Assembly: GCA_047947115.1 (NCBI GenBank)
Contig: CP170459.1
Location: 4,384,001 to 4,448,000 of the forward strand
DNA: 64,000 bases
DNA from: Verrucomicrobiota bacterium
GTDB taxonomy: Bacteria; Verrucomicrobiota; Verrucomicrobiia; Limisphaerales; AAA164-E04
Direction: 5' to 3'
Part shown: positions 9,389 to 19,878 of the stretch, one piece after another
Numbering within the stretch: position 1 is the first letter of the stretch
How the letters are laid out: each line of letters begins with the position of its first letter
The notes under the pieces: generated by a model
What the model was told of the DNA's origin: nothing
What the model saw: the letters and a program-made list of their open reading frames with translations, nothing else
Databases searched by the model: none
Program-made: the position numbers and the translations under genes

Positions 9389-10513
9389 ATGAGTCAATAT
9401 GGTGCTCCCATTGGAGGCAAACCACCGGGTGGCCCCGTTCCCCCACGCGGTTATTATTCGCCCTACCCGCCCTCTCGGCGTCGGTTTGGCTTGTGGTTTA
9501 TCATCTTTGTATTGTTCGGGTTGCTCGTGCTAAGCACCTTGAGCAACATGGGCCATTACCTCGATTCCATGTCAAGTTCCGGCGGAACCGGCATGGGAAG
9601 CCCCAGGCTGGAGGAAATTCAGGTGGAAAACAATGGCGCCAATGACAAGATCCTGGTGGCTGATGTGACAGGACTCATATCCAGACTGGCACTTGAACGA
9701 AGCGGTGTGAACATGGTGCACTGGATCGATGAACAACTCAAACAGGCAGCGGACGATTTTCAGATCAAAGCGGTCATCCTGAAAGTCGACTCCCCGGGAG
9801 GCGAAGTCCTTGCATCGGATCAGATCTACGAAACCATCCTGAAATTCCAGGAAGAAACGGGCAAACCTGTCATCGCCTCCATGGCTGGATTGGCTGCGTC
9901 CGGCGGATATTACGTTTCGGCACCCTGCCGCTGGATTGTGGCCCATCCCCTGACCATCACCGGCAGCATCGGTGTCATCATGCATGGCTATAACTACCGC
10001 AACCTGATGGCAAAGGTAGGCGTCGAGCCCACTGTTTTCAAGAGCGGACGGTTCAAAGACATGCTCAGTGGCGAGAAATTTCCTGATGACGTTTCACCGG
10101 AAGAAAAAGCCATGGTGCAGGAAATGGTCGACACCACATTCAATCGTTTCAAACAAGTCATCCAGGAAGGACGCGACTGGGCCCAAAGCCAGGATGGGGA
10201 CTCAGGAAAGCCGCTTGCCTCCAACTGGCGGAACTTTGCCGACGGGCGCATTCTTTCCGGTGAACAAGCCTTTGAGCTGGGATTGGTCGATGAGCTGGGT
10301 GGATTCGAAAAAGCTGTTGCGCGCGCCAAGTCGCTTGCCGGTATCGCGGAAGCCAACCTGATTGCCTACGATAAACCCTTTTCCTTTTCCTCCTTCTTCC
10401 GCTTTCTGGGCAAGGCGGAATCCAACCAGAAGATCGAGGTCGACCTTGGATTTGATCGTCCCAAATTACAGGCGGGACGTTTGTATCTGCTTTCCCCTAC
10501 TTACATTCAATAA
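9389..10513 (+). CDS. sppA: Signal peptide peptidase SppA (S49)
   Basis: N-terminal TM; VDSPGGEV, AASGGYY, TGSIGV, KSGRFKD, DGRILSGEQA..LGLVD. Confidence 0.93.
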   Translation: MSQYGAPIGGKPPGGPVPPRGYYSPYPPSRRRFGLWFIIFVLFGLLVLSTLSNMGHYLDSMSSSGGTGMGSPRLEEIQVENNGANDKILVADVTGLISRLALERSGVNMVHWIDEQLKQAADDFQIKAVILKVDSPGGEVLASDQIYETILKFQEETGKPVIASMAGLAASGGYYVSAPCRWIVAHPLTITGSIGVIMHGYNYRNLMAKVGVEPTVFKSGRFKDMLSGEKFPDDVSPEEKAMVQEMVDTTFNRFKQVIQEGRDWAQSQDGDSGKPLASNWRNFADGRILSGEQAFELGLVDELGGFEKAVARAKSLAGIAEANLIAYDKPFSFSSFFRFLGKAESNQKIEVDLGFDRPKLQAGRLYLLSPTYIQ

Positions 10514-10548
10514 CACCTACTAGAACAAACCCATTCACCGATTGACAC

Positions 10549-11715
10549 ATGGCAGCCAAAAAAACTTCCAAAAAGCCCAAGACACAAAAACCGGAAGATG
10601 TCTTGATCATAGCAGACAGCGAACACAGCGCCGACATTTTGTATGCTACTGGCATGTTCGTTCCGGATCCGTTTATTTACCTTAGAGGCAAGGGTAAGGA
10701 GATCATCTGCATGAGCGATCTGGAATTCGATCGCGCCGCCAAAGAAGCGCCTCACTGTGAAGTGATTTCCCTCACCAAAATTCAATCCATCCTGCGGGCG
10801 GCGGGTGTCGAACAACCGGGCTGGGGAGAGGTGGCGAGCTGGATGTTGGATAAATACCGCGTCCAATCCATACAGGTTCCGGATGCATTCCCCCTGAAGA
10901 TGGCCAACATCATCAACGAACGATGCCCAAAGATTAAGCTGCACCCCACCGAAGTCTTCCCCGAACGCCTGATCAAACAACCCAAGGAAATCAAACACCT
11001 GCAGGAAGCCCTGCGCATGACCGAGATCGGCCTGGAAGTGGCCGTCCGCACCTTGAAACAGTCCAAGATCGGCCCAAAGGCGGAACTCCTTTTTCAGGGC
11101 AAACCCCTGACCTCTGAAAAACTGCGGGCCATCATCCACACCGCCATCTGCCAGGAAGGCGGACAAGCCAGCAACACGATTGTGGCCGGAGGCAATCAGG
11201 CCTGTGATCCACACAACCGTGGATCCGGCAAGCTCAAAGCGCATCAGGCCATCATTCTCGACATTTTCCCCCGTTCGGAAACCACAGGTTATTTTGGGGA
11301 TATGACACGTACTGTGGTGCGTGGCAAAGCAAGTGATGGCGTGAAACAACAATACGCCGCCGTCGGAGAAGCCCAACAAGCTGCAATCGACATGGCACGC
11401 GACGGGGTGTCCGGACTCGCCATCCACGAAGCTGTTGAACACGTTTTCAAGAAACTCGGTTTTCCGACTCAACGCATCAAAGGCCGCATGTCTGGATTTT
11501 ATCATGGCACTGGACATGGGCTCGGCCTCGAGATTCATGAATGGCCGCGCATGGGCAAATCCTCCACGGATATCATGCGTTCCGGCAACGTTATGACTGT
11601 TGAACCAGGACTCTACTATTACGGCATTGGAGGGGTTCGTCTGGAGGACGTGATCCTCATTCGTCCGGGTAAAGCCAAAGTGTTGACCTCTTTCGAAAAG
11701 GTTTTGGAAATCTAA
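10549..11715 (+). CDS. Xaa-Pro aminopeptidase (M24B)
   Basis: GYFGDMTRT, HGTGHGLGLEIHE, TVEPGLY, GGVRLED. Confidence 0.92.
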   Translation: MAAKKTSKKPKTQKPEDVLIIADSEHSADILYATGMFVPDPFIYLRGKGKEIICMSDLEFDRAAKEAPHCEVISLTKIQSILRAAGVEQPGWGEVASWMLDKYRVQSIQVPDAFPLKMANIINERCPKIKLHPTEVFPERLIKQPKEIKHLQEALRMTEIGLEVAVRTLKQSKIGPKAELLFQGKPLTSEKLRAIIHTAICQEGGQASNTIVAGGNQACDPHNRGSGKLKAHQAIILDIFPRSETTGYFGDMTRTVVRGKASDGVKQQYAAVGEAQQAAIDMARDGVSGLAIHEAVEHVFKKLGFPTQRIKGRMSGFYHGTGHGLGLEIHEWPRMGKSSTDIMRSGNVMTVEPGLYYYGIGGVRLEDVILIRPGKAKVLTSFEKVLEI

Positions 11716-11738
11716 TCAACATCAGACTATCAAACGAC

Positions 11739-13031
11739 ATGCGACTGACAGATCAATCCAAAGAATTATTTGCAGCATCACTGAAACACATACCCGGCGG
11801 GGTCAACTCCCCGGTCCGAGCCTTTCGCGCGGTGGGCGGCGAACCGTTTTTCGTCGACCGGGCCAAAGGCTCTCATATCTGGGATGTGGATGGAAATGAT
11901 TACATTGACTACGTCGGCACCTGGGGCCCGGCGATTCTTGGCCACGCTTACCCAGACATTATCGACGCCGTCAAGAAAGCGGCCGATCACGGAACCAGCT
12001 TTGGGATCCCGAATCCTTTCGAACCCCGAATGGCCAAACTGATCAAGGATCTTTTCCCCAGTGTGGACAAGGTCCGCATGTGCAATTCCGGAACAGAAGC
12101 CTGCATGAGCGCCATCCGTGTGGCTCGCGGCGCAACCGGACGGGATAAAATCATCAAGTTCGATGGATGTTATCACGGCCACACCGACTCGCTGCTGGTC
12201 AAAGCCGGTTCCGGCGCTTTGACATTTGGGAATCCCGACAGCGCAGGCGTCCCGAAGGAATTCACACAACACACCGTCGTTCTCCCTTACAACGATGCCG
12301 ACGCTGTGGCGCAAGCGTTGGAAGCCAACAAAGATCAAGTCGCCGCGATCATTCTTGAACCCATCGTCGGCAATGCCGGGTTGATATTACCCAAGGATGG
12401 ATTCCTACAAAAGCTGCGCGAGCTCACTTCCCAGCACGGAACGCTTTTGATTTTTGATGAAGTCATGACCGGTTTCCGTGTTTCAAAAGGCGGAGCCCAG
12501 GAACTCTACGGCATCAAACCCGACCTCACCTGTTTCGGCAAAATCATCGGTGGCGGCCTGCCGGTCGGGGCATTTGGGGGACGTGAAGATATCATGAATT
12601 ACCTGGCTCCCATTGGACCTGTTTATCAAGCCGGGACACTCAGTGGCAACCCTCTCGCCATGGCGGCGGGTATTGCGGCGCTGGAAGCCTTGAAGTCCGG
12701 CGAAGTGCACCAACGCCTGGAACAACTGGGCGTACGCCTGGAAGCCGGCATGAAACAAGCAGCTGCGGATGCCAATCTGGATGTCACATTCCAGCGATGT
12801 GGTTCCATGTTCTGCGGATATTTTGGCAAAGACCCGGTTTACAATCTCAGCGATGCCATGAAGTGTGACCGGGACCTTTTCACCCGTTATTTTCACGGCA
12901 TGCTGGAACGGGGCGTATATGTGGCACCGTCACAGTTTGAAGCCGGATTCATTTCGGCGGCACACTCGGAAGAAGACATTGACAAAACCATCGAAGCGGC
13001 AGCGGAATCGATGAAACACATCCGCGACTAA
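11739..13031 (+). CDS. hemL: Glutamate-1-semialdehyde 2,1-aminomutase
   Basis: PGGVNSPVRAF, NSGTEA, FDEVMTGFR, FGKIIGGGLPVGA, YQAGTLSGNP. Confidence 0.97.
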   Translation: MRLTDQSKELFAASLKHIPGGVNSPVRAFRAVGGEPFFVDRAKGSHIWDVDGNDYIDYVGTWGPAILGHAYPDIIDAVKKAADHGTSFGIPNPFEPRMAKLIKDLFPSVDKVRMCNSGTEACMSAIRVARGATGRDKIIKFDGCYHGHTDSLLVKAGSGALTFGNPDSAGVPKEFTQHTVVLPYNDADAVAQALEANKDQVAAIILEPIVGNAGLILPKDGFLQKLRELTSQHGTLLIFDEVMTGFRVSKGGAQELYGIKPDLTCFGKIIGGGLPVGAFGGREDIMNYLAPIGPVYQAGTLSGNPLAMAAGIAALEALKSGEVHQRLEQLGVRLEAGMKQAAADANLDVTFQRCGSMFCGYFGKDPVYNLSDAMKCDRDLFTRYFHGMLERGVYVAPSQFEAGFISAAHSEEDIDKTIEAAAESMKHIRD

Positions 13032-13054
13032 GGCTTAGATCTTTTACTTTTATC

Positions 13055-13462
13055 ATGCGTATCCTGGCTCTGGATCATGGAACAGTCAGAATCGGTGTGG
13101 CGATCAGCGACGAAATGCAGATGATTGCCCAGCCGGTCCAATACATCGATGCCGTACCTCCCAACAAAATCGTGGATTACATCCGCTCCGAATGGGAAGG
13201 CAAACTGGAACTCATTCTGGTGGGCATGCCCCGCAACATGGACGGCAGCTACGGTCCCGCTGCCGAGAAAGTGAAGGCTTTCGTGGACATGTTGAAAGAA
13301 AGCATCAGCACTCCCATCCGCACCTGGGACGAACGCCTGACCAGCGCCCAGGCAAACCGGGTCATGATCGAAGCGGACGTACGCCGCGACAAACGCAAAC
13401 AAAAAGTAGACTCCATGTCCGCCGCCATCCTGTTGCAGAGTTATCTGGACGGTCAATTGTAA
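13055..13462 (+). CDS. ruvX: YqgF/RuvX family pre-16S rRNA nuclease
   Basis: RILALDHGTVRIGVAISD, VGMPRNMDG, WDERLTS, VDSMSAAILLQSYLD. Confidence 0.95.
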   Translation: MRILALDHGTVRIGVAISDEMQMIAQPVQYIDAVPPNKIVDYIRSEWEGKLELILVGMPRNMDGSYGPAAEKVKAFVDMLKESISTPIRTWDERLTSAQANRVMIEADVRRDKRKQKVDSMSAAILLQSYLDGQL

Positions 13463-13494
13463 GTTGGCACAGATCCTCAGTCCTATCTTGAACC

Positions 13495-14118
13495 ATGTTG
13501 GTTTTGAACCATCTGAAGCCTTTTGCGATTGGAGGCACCCGCCGGTGCTACATTCATCCGGAATATCCGGATCGCTGCGTCAAGGTGCTGCGCCCGGACC
13601 GCACCCCAGAGGAACGCAGAGCGCTCGCCAAGGGGTGGAGAAAATTTCGTGGACTCAAGGGATTTGATGACCAATGGAAAGAGCTGAAGATTTATCAATT
13701 CCTTCTGGCGAAGAACAATCCACGACTATGGGAACACATACCCAAATTCTTCGGCACCGAAGAGTCGGACCAGGGAATGGCCATCGTCACTCAAATTTAC
13801 CGCAATCATGATGGAGCCTTTCCTTCAAACCTGGAACAATTGCTCCCGAAAGGCATGACAGAAGGCATCCACAAGGCCATGGAACAGTTCAAAACCTGGT
13901 TGCGCCGGGAATTATTTCTGTCGAGAAACCTCCTTCCGCACAATATCATCGCGGTGGAAGAAGCGCCGGATCAATACCGACTGGTCATCGTCGATGGCCT
14001 TGGTAACAGTGAATTCATACCAGTATCGGACTGGTTTCGATTCCTGGCCAGAAAGAAAGTGGAGCGACGCATTGAGACATTCGAATACCGCACACGCATC
14101 CTGCTGCCCAACTGCTGA
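13495..14118 (+). CDS. YrbL-family (kinase-like fold) protein
   Basis: 'PFAIGGTRRCYIHP...RCVKV', 'NLLPHNI', 'LVIVDGLG....IP' match the YrbL pattern. Confidence 0.75.
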   Translation: MLVLNHLKPFAIGGTRRCYIHPEYPDRCVKVLRPDRTPEERRALAKGWRKFRGLKGFDDQWKELKIYQFLLAKNNPRLWEHIPKFFGTEESDQGMAIVTQIYRNHDGAFPSNLEQLLPKGMTEGIHKAMEQFKTWLRRELFLSRNLLPHNIIAVEEAPDQYRLVIVDGLGNSEFIPVSDWFRFLARKKVERRIETFEYRTRILLPNC

Positions 14119-14133
14119 TCAAAATCAAACAAC

Positions 14134-14898
14134 ATGCAATTCTTAAAATCATTGGAAGTCAAAGTGCGCCGATTCAGGGACAAACTGAGTCCTTTGTTGT
14201 ATGCGGGCAGTACTTTTCACTGTCCCGTGTGCGAACACTCCTTCCGCAAATTCCGGAGTGCGGGTCGTGGTGATCGCAAACGCGCCAACGCCGTGTGCCC
14301 CTGGTGCATTTCCCGAGAACGTGACCGATTGGTTTACAGTTATCTGAAGCAGGAAAAAGCGCACCTTTTCAACGAGAAGACCCGTATGCTCCACATCGCG
14401 CCGGAACCTTGTCTGGAAACCAAGTTTCGTTCTTGGGCCAAAGAACTCTATCTGACTGCGGATTTGATTCGAAAGGATGTGGATGAGCAATTTGATGTGA
14501 TGTCCACCCCACACGCGGACGAAAGCTTTGACGCCATTTTTTGCAGCCACGTTTTGCAGGATGTGCCCGACGATCTGCAAGCCATGCGGGAATTCTTCCG
14601 GTTACTGGCCCCAGGCGGATGGGCCATCCTCAATGTCCCGGTGGTCACCACTGCTTCGGCGGATCACCAGGCGCAACCAGGAAATATTCGCAAAGCAACA
14701 GACAAACGTCCGGACGAACATCTGCGTTCCTATGGAGAAGATTATCCTGACCGAATGCGTGGCATTGGATTTGAGGTGGAAACGATTGAAGCGTCCGACC
14801 TTTTCAAACCGGAAGAATTGACTCGACTCGCCATGGACCGCAAGGAAACCGGAGCCGTCTATATCGGGTTCAAACGCACAACAACAAGCCATGGATAA
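14134..14898 (+). CDS. Class I SAM-dependent methyltransferase with N-terminal CxxC pairs
   Basis: CPVC, CPWC..RERDR, LHIAPE, FDAIFCSHVL, RLLAPGG. Confidence 0.85.
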   Translation: MQFLKSLEVKVRRFRDKLSPLLYAGSTFHCPVCEHSFRKFRSAGRGDRKRANAVCPWCISRERDRLVYSYLKQEKAHLFNEKTRMLHIAPEPCLETKFRSWAKELYLTADLIRKDVDEQFDVMSTPHADESFDAIFCSHVLQDVPDDLQAMREFFRLLAPGGWAILNVPVVTTASADHQAQPGNIRKATDKRPDEHLRSYGEDYPDRMRGIGFEVETIEASDLFKPEELTRLAMDRKETGAVYIGFKRTTTSHG

Positions 14899-15721
14899 CC
14901 TCCCATTGTTGGCTGGCATGCTGGCGTTGTCGGGTTTCGTCTGGTTTTCCTGGCGTTATGCCTGGTGGCGGCCGTCGGTGGATGAGATCCATCCCCGGAT
15001 ACTCATGTATCACATGATTCGAGATGCCGTTCCCGGCGCCAGGTTCAATGGGATGCGGGTCTCCCCCGCCCTGTTTGACAAACAAGTCGCTTATCTCAAA
15101 GAAAATGGATGGCATTTTTACACCGTATCTGAATTGATCGAACAGTGGGACATGCTGCCCCCAAAAAGTGTGGGTATCACCTTCGACGACGGATACGCCG
15201 ACAACGTCGAGCAAGCCCTTCCCATCCTTAAAAAACATGGAGCCAAGGGAACCGTTTATCTGGTGGTCGACCGTCATCAGACAGAATGGTCGGTGAACAA
15301 AAAGAAGAAACACGATTCGGGAGAACTGAAACGCGAACCCAAGTTGAAAGATTCGCAAGTAATGGAATTGATTGAAAGCGGTGTGATCGAAATCGCTTCT
15401 CATACCATGACACACCCCAACTTCGCCGACATCAGCACCGAGACCAAACGGAAAGAACTCACCCAGAGTAAAAACATGCTGGAAGCCCGGTTCGGAATTG
15501 AAATCAAAACATTTGCTTACCCCTTCGGTATATTGAAAGAGGAAGATTCGGACCTTGTCCAGGAAGCCGGTTACATGGGAGCGGTGACCACAGTCTCAGG
15601 CATCGATCAGCGGCAGCCATTCAACCCATTCTTGCTCAAACGTCTTAAAATCAGCGGCAAGGAAGGCATGCTTGCCTTCAAACTCCGCTTACGCAGCGGC
15701 ATGCGAGGGGCCAACAAGTGA
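14891..15721 (+). CDS. Polysaccharide deacetylase (CE4), membrane-anchored
   Basis: ILMYH, ITFDDGY, SHTMTH, FAYPFG; overlaps the upstream stop by 8 bp. Confidence 0.9.
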   Translation: MDNLPLLAGMLALSGFVWFSWRYAWWRPSVDEIHPRILMYHMIRDAVPGARFNGMRVSPALFDKQVAYLKENGWHFYTVSELIEQWDMLPPKSVGITFDDGYADNVEQALPILKKHGAKGTVYLVVDRHQTEWSVNKKKKHDSGELKREPKLKDSQVMELIESGVIEIASHTMTHPNFADISTETKRKELTQSKNMLEARFGIEIKTFAYPFGILKEEDSDLVQEAGYMGAVTTVSGIDQRQPFNPFLLKRLKISGKEGMLAFKLRLRSGMRGANK

Positions 15722-15844
15722 GAACTTTTCGTAGTCATAAGGGCCAGACTATCCTGTTCACTCTGTCTAAAAAATCCCCTGAAGTTACCACTGTGCAGCA
15801 TGCCCAAAAGCATGTAACATCCCTTCTCAAACGAGAGCATCAAC

Positions 15845-16795
15845 ATGATTCAGAACAAACGGATATTTATCACGGGCGGCGCCGGATTCATCGCCAACAC
15901 ATTGATCAAACGACTGGCTGACCAAAACGAAATCACGGTCTTTGATAACTTTGCGCGCGATACCCTGACTGAAAGCGGCTATGCCAACCATGGCAATGTA
16001 ACCGTGATTCGGGGTGATGTTCTGGACTATCCCAGTTTGGAAAAATCGCTCAAAGGATTTGACATGGTGGTACACGCCGCTGCCATCGCAGGCATCGACA
16101 CTGTCATCAAGAACCCGATCCTGACCATGGAAGTCAACATGATCGGCACCGCCAATGTGCTTCGAGCCGCCGCGCTGCATGGAGTCACCGATCGGCTCCT
16201 GGATTTTTCCACCTCGGAAGTCTTTGGTTCCATGGCCATGAATTCACGCGAAGAGGATCTGGCAGTTACCGGTTCGGCAGGTGAAGCCCGCTGGGTTTAT
16301 TCGGTGAGCAAACTGGCAGGCGAACACCTGGTCAAGGCCTACCATCACCAACACGGACTCCCCACCGTCACCGTGCGTCCCTTCAACGTTTACGGGCCTG
16401 GACAAACCGGTGAAGGCGCCATGCAGATTTTCATCAAGAAAGCGTTGAAGGATGAATCCATCAACATCTATGGAGACGGCACCCAGATACGTGCCTGGTG
16501 TTTTGTGGATGATTTCGTGGAATGCCTGATGCGTTGTCTGGAATCCCCCAAAGCGGTGGGCCAGACTTACAACATCGGCAATGCACGCAGTGCCATCACC
16601 ATCCTGGGGTTGGCGCAGACGGTCTGCCGTGTGTTGGATTCCAAATCCAAGATCGAATTTAAACCCTCTCTTTCCGCCGACATTGCGCTGCGCATTCCAA
16701 GCGTGGAAAAAATTGAACAGGATTTGGGATTCAAGGCAAAGATCGACCTGGAAGAAGGCATCCAGAAAACGGCTGAGTATTTCAAGAACCGTTGA
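15845..16795 (+). CDS. NAD-dependent epimerase/dehydratase (extended SDR)
   Basis: [30 protein letters not shown]. Confidence 0.92.
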   Translation: MIQNKRIFITGGAGFIANTLIKRLADQNEITVFDNFARDTLTESGYANHGNVTVIRGDVLDYPSLEKSLKGFDMVVHAAAIAGIDTVIKNPILTMEVNMIGTANVLRAAALHGVTDRLLDFSTSEVFGSMAMNSREEDLAVTGSAGEARWVYSVSKLAGEHLVKAYHHQHGLPTVTVRPFNVYGPGQTGEGAMQIFIKKALKDESINIYGDGTQIRAWCFVDDFVECLMRCLESPKAVGQTYNIGNARSAITILGLAQTVCRVLDSKSKIEFKPSLSADIALRIPSVEKIEQDLGFKAKIDLEEGIQKTAEYFKNR

Positions 16796-16796
16796 T

Positions 16797-17924
16797 ATGT
16801 CATCCGACATCATACCACTCATGCGACCGGACATTGGTCCGGCGGAACTGGAGGCGGTGACCCGCGTCCTTCAGTCGGGATGGCTCGTTCAAGGCAAGGA
16901 AGTCGAACGCTTTGAACAATCCATCGCATCCAGACACGAACTGCTTCACGGCATCGCTGTTTCATCCGCGACGGCCGGATTACATCTCGCATATGAAGCC
17001 TTGGGCATCCAAAAAAATGAAGTGATCCTCATACCCAGTTTTGCCTGGCCTTCAGCGGCAAACATGGCCGTCCGTTGCGGTGCCGAGGTGGTCTTTGTCG
17101 ATGTGGAGCCACTGACTTACAACATTTGCCCCAAAGATCTTAAAACCAAACTTTCTCAATGCAAGGAAGCGGGTAAACGCGTTCAGGGACTGGTGGTCGT
17201 TCACGAATTCGGTTTGCCGGCAGATATGGACGCCATCATGCCTTTGGCGGAAACGGAACACATCTGGGTCATTGAAGACGCCGCCTGTGCACTGGGAGCC
17301 CGGCTTCCTTCGGGGGCGGTGGGAACATTCGGCGTCATGGGAATCTTCAGCTTCCACCCCCGTAAATCCCTGACCACCGGCGAAGGGGGTTGCATCGTCA
17401 CGAACGATCCGGACTTGGAAGCCTGTCTGCGCAGCCTGCGGAACCACGGTCAAATCATCGAGAATGGCCAACGTCAATTTGGATCCTGTGGGTGGAACTA
17501 TCGTCTCACGGAATTTCAAGGTGCATTGGGCAACACCCAACTGGAGCGTTACGACACCATGCTTGCACAACGCAGACAAGTGGCAGCCTGGTATCACCAA
17601 CACCTCTCCGAAATCGAAGGACTTGCGCTTCCTCCACTGGATGAAAGCCATACATGGCAAACATTCATGACAGTTTTGGGAGATGCATTCCAGCGAGACA
17701 ACATTGTCGCGGACATGCGGAAACAAGGGATTGAGTGTTCCATGGGGGCATTTGCCGCGCATCGTCTGAATCCGTTTGCCTCCCGCCATTTGAACAAGGA
17801 AGATGATTGCCCGGTTTCCACTCGACTCCTGAATCAGGGGCTGGCCTTGCCTCTGCACGCGTTCCTGGACGAAACCAAAGTGAAACGAGTCGCAGAAAGT
17901 CTCAAAGTAAGCCTGTCGCGGTAG
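16797..17924 (+). CDS. DegT/DnrJ/EryC1/StrS sugar aminotransferase
   Basis: SSATAGLH, IEDAACALG, FSFHPRKSLTTGEGG, NYRL. Start at ATG 16797, 1 bp after the epimerase stop. Confidence 0.92.
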   Translation: MSSDIIPLMRPDIGPAELEAVTRVLQSGWLVQGKEVERFEQSIASRHELLHGIAVSSATAGLHLAYEALGIQKNEVILIPSFAWPSAANMAVRCGAEVVFVDVEPLTYNICPKDLKTKLSQCKEAGKRVQGLVVVHEFGLPADMDAIMPLAETEHIWVIEDAACALGARLPSGAVGTFGVMGIFSFHPRKSLTTGEGGCIVTNDPDLEACLRSLRNHGQIIENGQRQFGSCGWNYRLTEFQGALGNTQLERYDTMLAQRRQVAAWYHQHLSEIEGLALPPLDESHTWQTFMTVLGDAFQRDNIVADMRKQGIECSMGAFAAHRLNPFASRHLNKEDDCPVSTRLLNQGLALPLHAFLDETKVKRVAESLKVSLSR

Positions 17925-17972
17925 CAGGACCTGCTTCCAGCCAAAAAACAAAATCCAATTACCTGAGTCTTC

Positions 17973-19364
17973 CTACTTCCGTGCGTCCAGAACAACGGTG
18001 GCCCTGGCATAATCCACATTTGCACCACGCGCGAAGCGGATCATGTTTTGTTTGAGATTTGGCAGATGGTTCAAGCACAACGCATCCTCCCCCTCCAAAT
18101 CGATGACCCAGCTTAAAATGCGGCGCACCTCGGATTCGCTCAGGCCCATACCGTGGAGATAGCAAACATCCGAAGGCTGAATCCACCAATCATCCGGGAT
18201 CTTTCCGGTGAGCAATTGGGATATCCGATGTGAAAAAGCGATCCCGCTCCACTCGGTATTCAAAAATCCCCTGGCCTCCTTTGCCATGATTTCGCTTTTA
18301 GCCGGATCCTTCGCGAGTTCCAGGATTTGATCACCCAAGGCATCAGGATGGCAAACGGCACTCGACGGAAACAGCTTGAACGGCAAACCCTGTCGCAATA
18401 TCTCCCAACCATATCCACCCACAATCGGTGTTTTCCCCAATGCCACGGCCTCCGTGGCAAAACCAGCCAGGGGCGCGTCGGAATACAATTGATCGATCAC
18501 AAAATGAGATCGTCTGATTTCATCCAGCACTTCAGGATGCGGTATGCCGGAACGATTCACAAAATCAATGGAATGCCCATCGCCTTTCAAACGTTCCATG
18601 GTCGCGACGATGGCATGGGTTCCCTTGACTTCGGGGGCGGACGGACAATGAAAGACACGGGTTGCTTCGTCATGTTGATTCGTTGGGCCGTCTGAATCCG
18701 GTTCCCCGAAATACCGTCCCACAGGGACTCCCAGTTGAAAGTAATTAATAAAAGGCTTCGGATGAAAGTGTCCGCACAACGGGTTTTCCACCACCATGGA
18801 AGCAAAGCGCGCCACCGCCTTGACACGTTTGGATTGACGCAGTACGCGCCGGACAAGTTTGCGTGTTTGCTTGACGGGAGGTTCCTCGGCTTTGAGCACG
18901 TCACGTGCAAAACCAGATAAGTAACGCGGTCTGGAAGCCGTGCCCACATAAAAATGAATCACCTTTTTACCGAACAAACGGAGCACCAGATAATCCAATG
19001 GATAACCAATAAACCCGCGCCCACCAATGAACAGACAGGCATCCGCCCATATCAAGGCCTTCAGGAAGGCGAGCAATTTATAGAACATCAAGCACAAAGC
19101 CCCCCATAGATTGCGCAACCAACCTTTTCCGAGCTTGGCGGATGCGCGTTTGATGGCCTGATCGAACAGGACGTCCACGTTTCGATGGTAATCCATTTTT
19201 GGATGAAACGGTTCGACCACCTGACGGTATAGCATCACCCTGGCACCGCCTTCCGCCAAACCTTCCGCCATTCTTGATGCAAAACACGCGATATCCTGGG
19301 GACCGACGAAAAGCGTTTTCCCCTCAAGCGGCAAATCATTTTCAGAAGTTTCAGGATTTGGCAT
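17973..19364 (-). CDS. Glycosyltransferase-like (GT-B) protein
   Basis: 'HCPSAPEVKGT' and 'VIDQLYSD...GFATEAVALGK' resemble a GT-B C-terminal lobe; polysaccharide gene context. Confidence 0.65.
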   Translation of the reverse strand: MPNPETSENDLPLEGKTLFVGPQDIACFASRMAEGLAEGGARVMLYRQVVEPFHPKMDYHRNVDVLFDQAIKRASAKLGKGWLRNLWGALCLMFYKLLAFLKALIWADACLFIGGRGFIGYPLDYLVLRLFGKKVIHFYVGTASRPRYLSGFARDVLKAEEPPVKQTRKLVRRVLRQSKRVKAVARFASMVVENPLCGHFHPKPFINYFQLGVPVGRYFGEPDSDGPTNQHDEATRVFHCPSAPEVKGTHAIVATMERLKGDGHSIDFVNRSGIPHPEVLDEIRRSHFVIDQLYSDAPLAGFATEAVALGKTPIVGGYGWEILRQGLPFKLFPSSAVCHPDALGDQILELAKDPAKSEIMAKEARGFLNTEWSGIAFSHRISQLLTGKIPDDWWIQPSDVCYLHGMGLSESEVRRILSWVIDLEGEDALCLNHLPNLKQNMIRFARGANVDYARATVVLDARK

Positions 19365-19371
19365 AATGCGA

Positions 19372-19878
19372 TCAAATCCTTAGACGAATCACCTTGGCAG
19401 GCACCCCCGCCACAACAGCTCCATCTCGAAACGAACGGGTCACCACAGCGCCCGCACCAACTTGCACCCCCCGCCCCAGGGTCACCCCGGGCAATAGGAT
19501 GGCTCCGACTCCAATATCGCAACCTTCACCAATGGTCACGGGTTTCATTTCCACGGGTTGATGCATGATCGGCAAATCGGGATCAGTATCCGTGTGAGCA
19601 CTGGTCAGAATCTTCACACCGGGTCCGATACCGACATGGGCGCCGATATGAATACCACCTGCGGAATGAAAAAAACACTGCTGCCCGATCCAGACCCCGT
19701 CGTCGATGACCATTTTATTCTTATAGTAAGCTTTAAGGATGGTCTGATGTCCCACATACACATTGTCCCCGATCTCGATGTTTTCGGGATGAAAAATCAG
19801 GACCTGATTTTCGATAGCGACATCCTTGCCTATTGAGGCAAATGGCCAGGGAGGTTCACCGGTTCCGTGAGATTTCAT
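19372..19878 (-). CDS. Hexapeptide-repeat O/N-acyltransferase
   Basis: [40 protein letters not shown] overlap with the upstream gene at 19875-19878. Confidence 0.9.
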   Translation of the reverse strand: MKSHGTGEPPWPFASIGKDVAIENQVLIFHPENIEIGDNVYVGHQTILKAYYKNKMVIDDGVWIGQQCFFHSAGGIHIGAHVGIGPGVKILTSAHTDTDPDLPIMHQPVEMKPVTIGEGCDIGVGAILLPGVTLGRGVQVGAGAVVTRSFRDGAVVAGVPAKVIRLRI

